A stretch of DNA of 64,000 bases from the human T2T-CHM13v2.0 reference genome, Homo sapiens, in NCBI GenBank assembly GCA_009914755.4, contig CP068257.2, positions 31,360,001 through 31,424,000 of the forward strand, written 5' to 3'. Below the pieces are notes generated by a model. That model was not told where the DNA came from, ran no database searches, and worked only from the letters and a program-made list of their open reading frames with translations. Shown piece by piece: positions 37,358 to 49,737 of the stretch. How positions within the stretch are numbered: the first letter of the stretch is position 1; the number at the start of each line of letters is the position of its first letter. The translations under genes were made by a program, and so were the position numbers.

Positions 37358-39523
37358 ATTTAAAGTAAAGTCGGGGGATTTCCATCCGTGTGCCACCCCG
37401 AAAAGGGGTTCAGGACGCGATACCTTGGGACCGGATTTGGGGATCGTTCCCCCAGTTTGGCACTAGAGACACACATGCATTATCTTTCAAACATGTTCCG
37501 GGCAAATCCTCCGGGTCTTTTTCACAACTTGCTTGTCCTTATTTTTATTTTCTGACGCCTAACCCGGAACTGCCTTTCTCTTCAGTTGAGTATTGAGCTC
37601 CTTTATAAGCAGACATTTCCTTCCCGGAGCATCGGACTTTGGGACTTGCAGGGTGAGGGCTGCGCCTTTGGCTGGGGGTCTGGGCTCTCAGGAGTCCTCT
37701 ACTGCTCGATTTTTAGATTTTTATTTCCTTTCTGCTCAGAGGCGGTCTCCCGTCACCACCTTCCCCCTGCGGGTTTCCTTGGCTTCAGCTGCGGACCTGG
37801 ATTCTGCGGAGCCGTAGCGTTCCCAGCAAAGCGCTTGGGGAGTGCTTGGTGCAGAATCTACTAACCCTTCCATTCCTTTTCAGCCATCTCCACTACCCTC
37901 CCCCAGCGGCCACCCCCGCCTTGAGCTGCAAAGGATCAGGTGCTCCGCACCTCTGGAGGAGCACTGGCAGCGCTTTGGCCTCTGTGCTCTTTCCTGGGGT
38001 CACCTCTGTCTCCTCTTGGCCATTGGGTTCTCACAATCCAAACCCGCGATGCAAATTTAGGATGTGGCTGTGAAGAGAGATTCTGGGTGGAAATAAAAAT
38101 ACTTTGGCCTTCCTGGTCAAGGACCAGGGCAGATCCTGTTGTAGTCTCCGTGCCCCAGGGCTGGCCTGAGAATGAGCCCCTGAAAAGACAGCGGGTACGG
38201 GCACCGTAAGAACATCCCCTGGTCCAGGGTCCTCTCTCTGACAATATTTTTGGTGGCCACTGGCCACCCTGGAACTGGGGGTGCAGAAGATTTCCCCAGT
38301 CAGAACCCCATTTCTTGAGTCGCATAGCTGAGCCTGGCTCACACAGGCAGGCACCCTTTGCTTAGACTTAAAGACTGCTCCGTCCCCTAGCAAGGGACAG
38401 GCACTTCCTGCTCCTCCAGCAGGGAATGTCGGACTGCTGGCCAGAACAGCAGTGGCCCAGGGATTGGGTGCTGGAGGCCTAGTTTTTCACCGATGGGCCT
38501 GGCTTTTTGCAAAGGCTGGGAGGGATTTGGAGAGGCTGAGCAGCTGGGGGCTGAAGACGGGTGGAAAGCCTCCTGCCCCCACCACCCCAACAGCGCCATG
38601 TGAATCCAAGAAGAAGGAAGGGCAGGGTGTAGTCGTTTTTATTCTGAAATCCCATTTGAAATGAAACTTGAAAAGAATTCAAAACTGGGTCCAGCTGCAG
38701 CCACAGACACACTCAGAGGGACTCCAGGAGGCTGGAACGTAGACCAGTGGGCGCTGAGAACCTGGCCGGTGGGGGTAGGGGTCTTGATTGCAGTTTTGGC
38801 TCTTCCACACCCACTGCCAGGCAGGTGTACTGGTGCAGGCTCTGAGTGTGCTTGGTGTCTGCATAGAAGGACGGTTGTTGAAAGGCAATAAATCAAGTCT
38901 TTCCCTCCACCCCTGCACCCAAGCTTTCAGTAGCAACCAGCCACCAGCCAGGCCAGGCAAGACCAGGGCCTCTGAAGAAGGAGGGGCTGTGTCCAGCCAG
39001 GCTTTGGGCCCTCCTCCATGCCAGCCGCCTAAACTGTGCACCCAGCTGGAGGCCTTGACCACGGTGGGTGAGACTGGAGCAGCTCTGGACGTGGAGGAGG
39101 AAGACACTGGCACACAGTGCACATCCCCTAGAACAGGTGGCTACTCGCCGAGGGTGGCCCTGGACTGGTGGGGGCCAAGGTAGAGGACTCAGCCAGTGGC
39201 TGGGCTTTGATGTAGGGCAGGAGAAGACTGTGTGCAACCACTTTGACTTTGGTGGGCTCTTCATTGGCAGTGGGCTCCTCACCAAGTAGGGAAGGGAAAG
39301 AGGTAACTGTTTCCGGGATCTGCTGCAGTCTTCCCTGCCACACTGCAGTCCCCTCTGGGGAGCATTCGTTGGGAGATTCTCAACAGGCTGGACTGCAGCT
39401 CAGCCTCCTCCCCAGCCCCACTGCGTGGCTCTGCAGCACCCCAGCTGTCAGCCTCCGAGTTTAGAAACTCACCATGCCCCAGGTCTTTGAGACTCCCCAA
39501 CCCTCCTTAAGAACCTGGGAGCT

Positions 39524-39850
<327 letters not shown>

Positions 39851-41179
39851 TCAGCTGACCAGAGGTTGAGGGGCCAGTGGGCAGAACCCGAGCCTCCTCC
39901 TCTGGCCTCAGCACCCCAGGGCATTGTCCCTGGGCTCCTCACTCTCTCATATGGGCAGGAGCCACAGAGAAATGACACTCCCCTGGACTCAGTGTTGAAG
40001 GACTAACCCCTAATGCCCATGGAGTTGGAATTCTGCACCTTGGGGACAGGCAGTGAGCAGACGAGTGAAGTGAACCCACAGAGGTGTCACACTCCCAGTG
40101 AGGCCAGGAGTTTTAATGTGACCGCAGGAAGACATGGGTACTAAAGACACCCGTGGTGATTTGGGGTTCTGACAGCCATCCACCAGGGACCTGCCCTTCT
40201 CATTCCCAGACTGGGATCAGTGAGGAGCCCCTGGGCCAGGGCATTGAATTTTAAAGCCCCCTAGATGCTCTTATGGATAAAACTACCCCAGTGGTGGAAA
40301 ATGTCTGTCTCCTATTGGGGCCGAATCTACCTAGCAATCTGTCTGGACTTCTATTGAGTATTCACCTTGATGCTTCCTAAAAGTTCATCAGGAGGTGGCA
40401 AAGGAGTCCCCCTTCACCTGCCATGTCATTTTAAGTCACTCTTGCATTACAGATTTTGTGCCTAGTATCCCCCTTCCCCACACAAGTGCCCCCATAGTAC
40501 CAGCAGGGGTTATAGGGTCTTTGACAAGGGCCCCACACCAAGAGTGACCATTTATTTAGTCTCCGCAAAACTGTAAGGGAAGCCAGGATAAAGCCAGGTT
40601 ATTCACAGCAGTGGTTGCTGTATTCAGTCCCATCCTGACTAGGGAGAGGGACGTGGGACAGCATGGGTGAGCATGGCCACTCCCTGGTTTGGAGGCAGCC
40701 AGCAGCTCATGGGCTATATCCCAGGGCTAAGCCCCAACTCCCTGTAAGTGAGGAGGCCATTCTAGGCAGGGCAGAGATGGGGATCACCCACAGCTACATC
40801 CTTACTCCGTATCTCTCCTCTAGGGCCCCAGTGATTGCTACTGGCTGTTTGTCTGTGGAAGAGGTTGGAGGTGGAGGACTGCAGCGAGGAACTGAAGAGG
40901 CAAAGCTGGGAGGAGGGAGTCAGGGCCGGGCTGAATCTCCAGGGAACTCAGGATATTAATAGGTGGAGGCTAGGAGAGGAGGCGGATAGCGTTGACTGAG
41001 GTTTAGCCGGGGTAAGGCGGGGCACAGAGAGCTTTAAGAGCCTCAGTTCATTCCATTCTCACTACAACCATTTGAGGAGGGTGCTATTATTGTCCCGTCT
41101 TACAAGTAAGGAAACTGAGTCACAGAAAGGGTAAGTGACTTGCTCAGGGGACACAGCCAGTAAATGAAGGTGGCAAGGT

Positions 41180-42480
41180 TGTTGTAATCCAGGGCCCACC
41201 CCAAGAGGCCACCTGGCCCGCACTCCAGCAGTCCCCAGACTCTGGCTCAGCTGCCGCCCCGGGAATCCTCTGCTGCCACCCCCTGTCCCCCACCCCGGCC
41301 CCCTTAGGTGGTGCTCCTAGTGCTTCCCCCCATGCCTGGACCCCATCTGTCCCCGACTCCCCCATCTGGGCGGCGGGCGGGGCTCACAGGCTTTAGCAAT
41401 TAGCGGGCGCGGGTGGGCGCGCGGCGCGGGCGGAGGAAGGGCCGGAGCAGGTGAGCCGCGGCGGAGCCTCATTAGGGCGGCCCGCACGCCCCGCGAGGGA
41501 CCGTCGTTAGTGCCAAGACAGCTGCCGCTCCTGCCGGCCTAGGGCCGCAGCCGGAATCCCGGGCCACATCCCCTGCCCCGTTGTGCCTTCCACACCTCGG
41601 GCAGTCACTAGGAAAAGGGTCGCCAACTGAAAGGCCTGCAGGAACCAGGATGATACCTGCGCCAGTCCCGCGGCTGCTGCGAGTGCGCGCTCTCCTGCCA
41701 GGGGGACTTCAGACCCTCCTTTACAGCACACCGAGGGCCCTGCAGACACGCGAGCGGGCCTTCAGTTTGCAAACCCTGAAAGCGGGCGCGGTCCACCAGG
41801 ACGATCTGGCAGGGCTCTGGGTGAGGAGGCCGCGTCTTTATTTGGGGTCCTCGGGCAGCCACGTTGCAGCTCTGGGGAAAGACTGCTTAAGGAACCCGCT
41901 CTGAACTGCGCGCTGGTGTCCTCTCCGGCCCTCGCTTCCCCGACCCCGCACAGGCTAACGGGAGACGCGCAGGCCCACCCCACTGGCTGGAGACCCCGGC
42001 ACGGCCCGCATCCGCCAGGATTGAAGCAGCTGGCTTGGACGCGCGCAGTTTTCCTTTGGCGACATTGCAGCGTCGGTGCGGCCACAATCCGTCCACTGGT
42101 TGTGGGAACGGTTGGAGGTCCCCCAAGAAGGAGACACGCAGAGCTCTCCAGAACCGCCTACATGCGCATGGGGCCCAAACAGCCTCCCAAGGAGCACCCA
42201 GGTCCATGCACCCGAGCCCAAAATCACAGACCCGCTACGGGCTTTTGCACATCAGCTCCAAACACCTGAGTCCACGTGCACAGGCTCTCGCACAGGGGAC
42301 TCACGCACCTGAGTTCGCGCTCACAGATCCACGCACACCGGTGCTTGCACACGCAAGGGCCTAGAACTGCAAAGCAGCGGCCTCTCTGGACCGCCTCCCT
42401 CCGGCCCTCCTGAGCCCTACTGAGCCCTGCTGAGTCCTGGAGGCCCTGTGACCCGGTGTCCTTGGACCGCAAGCATCCTG
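41180..42480. promoter_or_regulatory. CpG island about 4 kb downstream of the OLIG2 3' end. Its very CpG-dense core at 41370-41520 carries TAAT-core sites and a consensus splice donor.
   Basis: The core reads 'ggcggcgggcggggctcacaggctttagcaattagcgggcgcgggtgggcgcgcggcgcgggcggaggaagggccggagcag|gtgagccgcggcggagcctcattagggcggcccgcacgccccgcgagggaccgtcg'. Homeodomain-like cores 'caattag' and 'cattag' are present, and the donor 'gcag|gtgagc' is at 41450|41451. Confidence 0.55.
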
Positions 42481-44080
42481 GTTTACCATCCCTACCCTGG
42501 CTGACCTGAGAGCTGGGGATCTTTTAAGCTTTGTATGCCTGGCCTCACCTTTTCCTCTGCCTCCCTCCCAGACCAGCCCGGCTCTCAGACACCTCTGCTT
42601 TCTAGGCAAAAGTTCTGGAGCCCAGAGCAAGGGCCACAGGTGCAGTGCAGTCCAAACAGGACCACGAGCAATTCTCTCTCCTTCATCCTCAGATTTGGCA
42701 GTAGAAGCTTGTTTTTCAGAACAGGGCTGGAGTGGCCTCTTTGAAACTCTGAACATGTTTCAACTGTAGAATAGAGCCATAATGGGTGATCTTGGAAGCT
42801 CCGTGGGCCAATCAGGCTCTGCCCCAATACCCGAGCCCTCTGGGTGTCCTGGTCCACCTCAGAGCAGAGGTCCTGGGAGCCCCTGCTGGCAGGGAGGCTG
42901 TGATGGGTGAGAACAGCCCTCCTCCGTGTGTCCTCCGTGCACTAAGAGAATTCACTGGCCTCTGCTGAAGCGGAGTTTAGACAGTTCTAGAAAGGAGTTG
43001 TCCTTGGTTGTGGGGCTTCCCTAGGGTGGAAACTGTGGTTTGGACATCCTTGTACCTTCAGGGTACCTGCTAGATATAAGGACTCACAAAAAAATGAATG
43101 AACGAATGAACGAGTGGCACAGTGCCAGTCAGGAGGTTTGGAGAGTGTGGGGAACAAGGTGGAAGTGTAAAAGTCCTGAATCCTTCATTGATGGGGGATA
43201 CTGAGGCCTAAAGGATGGTGAGCACTTTGATTCTATCCAAGGCAGCTGGATTCAGACCAAAGCCCTATACTACAGTGATCCAGGTTACGAGACCTTCCTG
43301 ATCCTCTCTTCTTATGTAAATAGAGTAATTAATAGTAGCACCTGACAACTGTGCTGCTGTGAGGATTAAATGAAACATCCCAGGAGTCGCCCTCTGCATG
43401 GTGCCAGCAGTGAATGGATGCCCTGGGCCCAAGGACCTGCCCAGAGTGCAGCTGCTGCTGGGTGTGGACTCCCACAGCTGAGGCTCCCCCAACCCAAGCA
43501 GCCAGGAATCTGTAGGTCATAGTGGGGCAGTCACCATGGAGACCATGAAGAGGCAGTTGGGTGTGGGGTGGTATGCTGCCTTGGCCAAGCTCTGCCAGCT
43601 GAGTGACCTTGGACAAGAGACATGAGCTTTCTTAGCCTTGGCTTCCTTATCTGTAAAGTAGGGGTGATGCTAGTACCATCTTCACAGGCCATCTGGCCTG
43701 AGAGGGAGAACCTGGCACACCACGCATATCCAATTAAGCAGAAGAAGGTGCCTGACTGCATGAGTGTCATCCCATTGAATCTTCTGGGAGGTCCTACAAG
43801 GTATGGTCTCTGTTACTCTGGGTGACATGACCTGTCCTGCAGCATCACAAGGGGTCTGTATGCCTCGGGGCGCCAAGGAACAACTCAGCACTGTCCCTGA
43901 GCTCTGTACAGGTTCCACTTCCCAAACCCCCCCAACGCAAGGCAAGGCCTCTGTTCTCACCTTTGCATGCCCTGGGGTGCCTGGTACTGAGCATGATGCA
44001 CGGTTAGTTCTCTGGGAATATCCTTTGCATTGCATTGTGGATGAGGAGGGCCCATGCTCTACATGGAAAACAGACCTGGG

Positions 44081-44082
<2 letters not shown>

Positions 44083-44115
<33 letters not shown>

Positions 44116-44393
44116 TGGAGTCTCACTCTGTCACCCAGGCTGGAGTGTGCAGTGGCACGATCTCAGTTCACTGCAACCCTGCCCTGGGTTCAAGCCATCT
44201 TCATGCCTCAGCTTCCCAAGTAACTGGGATTACAGGTGCACGCCACCACGCCCAGCTAATTTTTGTATTTTTAGTAGAGACAGGGTTTCACCATGTTGGC
44301 CGGGTTGGTTTTGAACTCCTGACCTCAGGTGACCCATTCACCTTGGCCTCCCAAAGTGCTGGGATTACGGGCGTGAGGCACCGCGCCTGGCCC
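44083..44393 (-). mobile_element. Alu element, antisense, with a ~29-nt poly-T.
   Basis: Signature: '(t)29agatggagtctcactctgtcacccaggctggagtgtgcagtggcacgatctcagttcactgcaacc...cccaaagtgctgggattacgggcgtgaggcaccgcgcctggccc'. Confidence 0.95.
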
Positions 44394-45014
44394 AGACCTG
44401 AGTCCTTTTAAAGGAGGGAGCCAGGATCAGAAAGGAACTGATTGAAGGAAAAGTTGCCTGTGAAGCCCAAGCCCCAGCCTCACGGTCCCATCCCCCCATC
44501 CCCCCATTGAGGAGAGTCCCCCCTCTCAGGGCCAGGCCTGCTGTTCCCTCCATCTGTGCCCCTCAGATGCCCAGTGTAAGGGGTGAGCTGGAGAGCTAAG
44601 GATCTGCTTGTTCTGGAATTGCAGCTGGGAGCCTCGGGAAGAAGAGTGGTGGGGCCTCCTGGGAGCTGGGCATGGGGCTCCCCATCAGTTCCAGCTCTGA
44701 CCTCTCTGGGCTGTTCAGGCAAAGGCAGCAGTTGCTAATGAAGACACTGGAGGACAGCGTGGCTTAGTCAGCACAGGAAGGAAATGACTTAGTGCAGCCG
44801 GGTGCTGGCAGGCGACCACAGCAGGGGCAGGCAGCCCATAAGACCAGCACAGCCAGGAGGCCACACTCCCCCGCCCCACCCTGGGCTTGCCTTCTTTGCC
44901 CCTCTCCCTTCACCACCCTCCACAGCCAATTTGCTTGTCATCACCCACCTTTTTGTGTTTAACCCGTCAGCTCTTCCTACCTCATTCACTATTTTTTTTT
45001 GTTTGTTTTAATTA

Positions 45015-45440
45015 AGGTCGAATGCATGTCACACAAAGTTAACCATTTTAAGGTGAACAGTTTCAGGGGCATTGACAATGTCGTGCAGCCACCACCTCTG
45101 TCTCATTCCAAAACATTTTCATCACTGCAAAGTAAAACCTGGACCCACTGAGCAGTTCCTCCTCACTCCCCCATCCCTACCCCTACCAATCTACTTTCTG
45201 TGTCTATGGATTCACTGATTCTAGATACTTCATATAAACGGAGTCATAAAATATGTGGCCTTTTGTGACTGGCTTCTTTCACTTAGCATAATGTTTTTGA
45301 GGTTCAGCCACGTTGTTGCATGTATCCTTACTTCATTCCTTCTTCCAGTGGAATCATATTCTGTTGTGGGTGTCTGCCACATTTGGTTTATCCATTCATC
45401 TGTTGGTGATTTCGTTCACTTCTAAGTAACTCCTCAGGTC
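45015..45440 (-). mobile_element. Old L1 fragment (L1M/L1PB-like ORF2 3' region), antisense.
   Basis: Signature: 'aaccattttaaggtgaacagtttcaggggcattgacaatgtcgtgcagccaccacctctgtctcattccaaaacattttcatcac...ggattcactgattctagatacttcatataaacggagtcataaaatatgtggccttttgtgactggcttctttcacttagcataatgtttttgaggttcagccacgttgttgcatgtatcc'. This matches the typical antisense sequence of older mammalian L1 families. Confidence 0.7.
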
Positions 45441-46583
45441 CTGGTATACAACCTGCCACAGTGAAAAGAGGCCTGTTCCAGGAGTTTAAAAATCTACGTC
45501 TCTGACCAGGTTGAGCATCCTCCAGCGAGTTGCTTGACCTTTCTGGGCCTCTATCTACTCATCTACAAAGTGAAAAGCTTGGCAAAGGACATTTCAAGTT
45601 ACGATTCTCTGTGACTTTTTACAACCCTGAAGTCCACCCTGCCACTTGTAGAATGTATTTCATGTCCTCCCTGCCACAGGTGTGTGTCAAGAACCCCATA
45701 ACAAATGTCCCAGAACTTGCACAGTGCCCCCAGCAGATCAGGATGCCTGAACAAATCTCTGCCTTTGGGTCTTAGGGAGCCAGAATCTCTGCGAGATGCC
45801 TGGCTGAAGTAGGTAGTGTATTGTGAGTGATTCCCTTATTCAATATCCAGCCAGACTTTCATCAGTTGTGACTTGGAAAGGAAATGACCAACTAACTTGT
45901 AACTTGTTCAGATCCTCATTATGATATAGTTAAGAGACGCATTTTAAGAAGTGGGCACTAAACTACATAGTGAAGATCCCACATAAATCTGGGGCTAGGG
46001 GTAGTGGAAAAACTGCTATCCTTACTCCTGTAGTTCATCTTCTCAGCCTTTTATCCAGTACACGTTTAATGTGCCAGGTGGATGTGGAGAACACTCAGTG
46101 ACAGCAGCTGCATCAGGTACATCTGAACTTGATGGCCACCACATTACCCCATCCCCTGCTTTAGGCAGGTTAGAAACATACAGAGAAACTGCTTTAAAAA
46201 CATGCTTGTCCTCAACATTTAAGAGCTTTGAAATGGACCCTGATTGGAGTGGGGTGATCAAGTTGTCTTTTCCATTTGAACTTGAACTTAAAGGGGAAAA
46301 AACTTTATGTAGGGAAGGTACCAAGCTCACGATTTACCGAGCTTCCATAGTCCAAAAAGAATTTGAGGGGTTTGTCTGAACCATGTTACAGAATTGAAAA
46401 GTATTTTCATACAATTGAAAGTCAGAAAATGGGAGGCACTTGCTATATTGTTCTAACGTGTTAGCTCGTGGGCCTCACTCATATATTTAATCTTTTTTTG
46501 TTAAGAGAAAGAAGTCATACCTCATGTTTTTTTTTTTTTAACTTTTATTCCAAAAAGAATTTTGGAATATGGAGGCTCTGTAA

Positions 46584-46894
<311 letters not shown>

Positions 46895-48242
46895 CCTCCT
46901 TCCCTTTTAAGACTCCAACTTTCCTCTGGCATTTTCAATTCCCTTGCCCTGCTCAATTTCCCTTTCCCCGTATGCTATTTATTACTGATTAATTTTGTTG
47001 TTTATTGTCTGTCTTCCACACTAGAATATAAGCTCCACTGGGCAGAAATATTTGTCTATATTGATCACTGATGTACAATGGTATCCAGCCCATAATAAGT
47101 GCTCCATAAATATCTGTTAAACTAATGAAATGAATGCATGCAGGTGATTTTTGCCACTGAACTGTTTTGTAACTAGAATGCAAGTGACATAAAGCTTCAT
47201 TAGGATTCTCACATGAGAAAATACAAGCAAAAATCTGATCCTGTGAAAAGTGTAGCATCAAACTTCATTTTCCTTCCAGAAAATGCTTTTTAAAAACCTG
47301 CCAAATCTTGGAGGCTGGCCTTTTATTGGTTCTGGGGTGTGGGGCAAACAAGGGATTTTCTGAAATAATTTATCAGTTACTATCAACAAATTTGCTAAAG
47401 CTTGACATATAACATTCGCCACTGTGAACAAAAGCTGCCTCCCAAAGTCCCTTGGGTAGTCTTTGCGCACACTAAAAATCCAGAGCTTGAGGCATAAGAC
47501 TGACCTTAACATTAAATGAATTCATGGTTGGACACTTTGTTCTAATCCTTTGTGAAGCAAACTCCTTGGATTTTTAAAACATGCTATCGGATGAATCTTT
47601 CCAATGAGGAGCATATAAATATCTCCTTTAGTAGTTCCTACAAAGCATCCATGTCAATGTCATTAACAGAATGGGAATGATATTGGAGGGAGTGGGAGGT
47701 GGTTGCAACTTGCAATTCAGACAGCCAGTGAAAACCTTAACATTAAGTATCCTTAAAAAAAAAAAAAAACCCTCAGTGGTTGTATTTATCCTGAATGCAA
47801 AACTGTCCCCTTTGTTGAGATTGGCTGAACTAACTCAGCCTGGAGAACAATGTTGAGGCTGCTGGCGGGCCATGTGCTAATGTGCTCATGCATTACAGGC
47901 CGCAACAGATGGCTGTGAGAACACCCGGCCTGCCCCGCCTGGGTCAGGATGCAGAGCCCAACGCCTGTTTCCAGTGCTGTCCCGCTATGAAAACACTGCT
48001 TCTCTGGGGAGAGGCGATGGCTGGCCTGGGGGAGGCCAGCCATGTCTGTTCTACCCAATTCAAGGGCAAAGGTGCAAGGGAATAATGATCAGGGGTTTAT
48101 TTGAGCCATGTTACAGAATTGAAAAGTATTTTCATACAATTGAAAGTCAGAAAATGGGAGACACTTGCTATATTGTTCTATCATGTTAGCTCACAGGCCT
48201 CATTCATACATTTAATCTTTTTTTGTTAAGAGAAAGAAGCCA

Positions 48243-48765
48243 CACCTCATGTTTTTATTTTTTTAACTTTTATTTTAGACTCGGATACAGGTGCAGGTTT
48301 GTCATATGGGTAAATTGCATGTCATGGGGGTTTGAGGTACAGATTATTTTGTCACCCTGATAATAAGCATAGTACCGGATAGGTAGTTTTTTTTATCCTC
48401 TCTTTCCTCCCACCCTCCACCCTCAAGTAGGTCCTGGTATCTGTTTTTCCCTTCTTTGTGTTCATATTTACTCAATTTTTAGCTCCCACTTATAAGTGAG
48501 AACATGTGGTATTTGGCTTTCTGTTCCTGTGTTAGTTTGCTTAGGATAATGACCTCCAGCTCCATCCATATTCCTGCAAAAGATATGATCTCATTCTTTT
48601 TTATGGCTGCATAATATTCCATCGTGAATATGTACCACATTTTCTCTATCCAGTCCATTGTTGATGGGCATTTAGGTTGATTCCATGTCTTCGCTACTGT
48701 GAATAGTGCCGCAATGAACATATGCACACATGTGTCTTTATGGTAGGGAGATTTAGTCTTCTCCT
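48243..48765 (-). mobile_element. L1 3'-end fragment, antisense. It contains the ORF2 C-terminal remnant ORF 48479..48727 (-) and 3'UTR-like sequence.
   Basis: The minus-strand ORF translates to 'MHMFIAALFTVAKTWNQPKCPSTMDWIEKMWYIFTMEYYAAIKKNEIISFAGIWMELEVIILSKLTQEQKAKYHMFSLISGS', which is the L1 ORF2 C-terminus. The plus-strand text 'tcccacttataagtgagaacatgtggtatttggctttctgttcctgtgttagtttgcttagg' and 'acaggtgcaggtttgtcatatgggtaaattgcatgtcatggggg' is L1 antisense. Confidence 0.9.
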
Positions 48766-49623
48766 ATGACCAGGATGCGGTGTTTTGAGTATAGTTCTAA
48801 TTTTTCTTTCCTTCCCTCTGACAAGTTTCTCTTCAATCTTTCCCTGCATCCCAGTGAATCAGTGAGAAAGCAAAACAACCCCTCCTGTCCCCCCACACCA
48901 AAACCAAACCAAAACAAACAAAAAATCCGCCAGGCTTTCTTACAACTACAAAGTGAAGCTACAGAGAAATTCCTTTGGAAACATGTTTGCAAAGGGATGT
49001 TTGTCCCTGTATCCCTACAAATGAGAAGAAAACCAACATTAGCCATCACGTTTGCTCTTCCCATCCCACCCTGAAGCAAAGGCTCAGGCAGGTGTGGCTG
49101 GTCCAGCAGCTCAAGGCCCAATGTCCTGGGAGGGAATGTGGGGGTCACTGGCTCTCTTTAGTTGTGGACTCTACCTACAGAGCCAGGCCAACCTGTCCAA
49201 GCAGCCCTGCCTGCTTCTCCAGCTCATGACCCCAGAGCTGGGCACTGGAACTCACTCACTCGGAGCCAGGTCCCCTGAGATGAGAGTGGCACCTCAGAGA
49301 CATCACCCCAGAGTCACCCCAGATACATGCAGAGACAGAGAAGCACCACAGGCACACAGAGCAATATGGACTATCAACCCCTATGCTCAACTCTCTGAAA
49401 CAGATAAGCAGATGTATGGCTGGCTTGTGGTCTTCAAAGTTGGTCTAAGTTTCCTGGTGTTCATATAGGAGCACTGGGAAGCTGGCATGTGGATTACTGA
49501 TGTAGAATGGTGTCCAGTCTATAGTAAGCTGGAAGCTCCCCACCTGCCTGTCTGTCACACTCAGCATGCCTTCTGTTGATGCCACTGTGTGGATAAGCAT
49601 AGTGTCTCCAGGGAGCCCTGTCA

Positions 49624-49737
49624 AAACGCCCATTGCCTGGGAAGGAATACACAGCAAGTCACTGGCACTGGTTAGTCTATAAACGCCCATTGCCTGGGAA
49701 AGAATACACAGCAAGTCACTGGCACTGGTTAGTCTGT
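49624..49737. repeat. Tandem duplication, two 57-bp units.
   Basis: The unit 'aaacgcccattgcctgggaa[g/a]gaatacacagcaagtcactggcactggttagtct[a/g]t' occurs twice head-to-tail. It is reflected as the repeated peptide in the minus-strand ORF 49445..49768. Confidence 0.9.

Larger units (their letters stand above)
34974..37375 (+). other. OLIG2: OLIG2 exon 2: 62 nt of 5'UTR, the full CDS, and a ~1.37-kb 3'UTR. The 3' end is approximate, about 20 nt after the AATAAA signals.
   Basis: The acceptor AG at 34972-34973 follows the pyrimidine tract. The Kozak context is gggccATGG. Poly(A) signals sit at 37325-37330 and 37352-37357. Confidence 0.7.
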
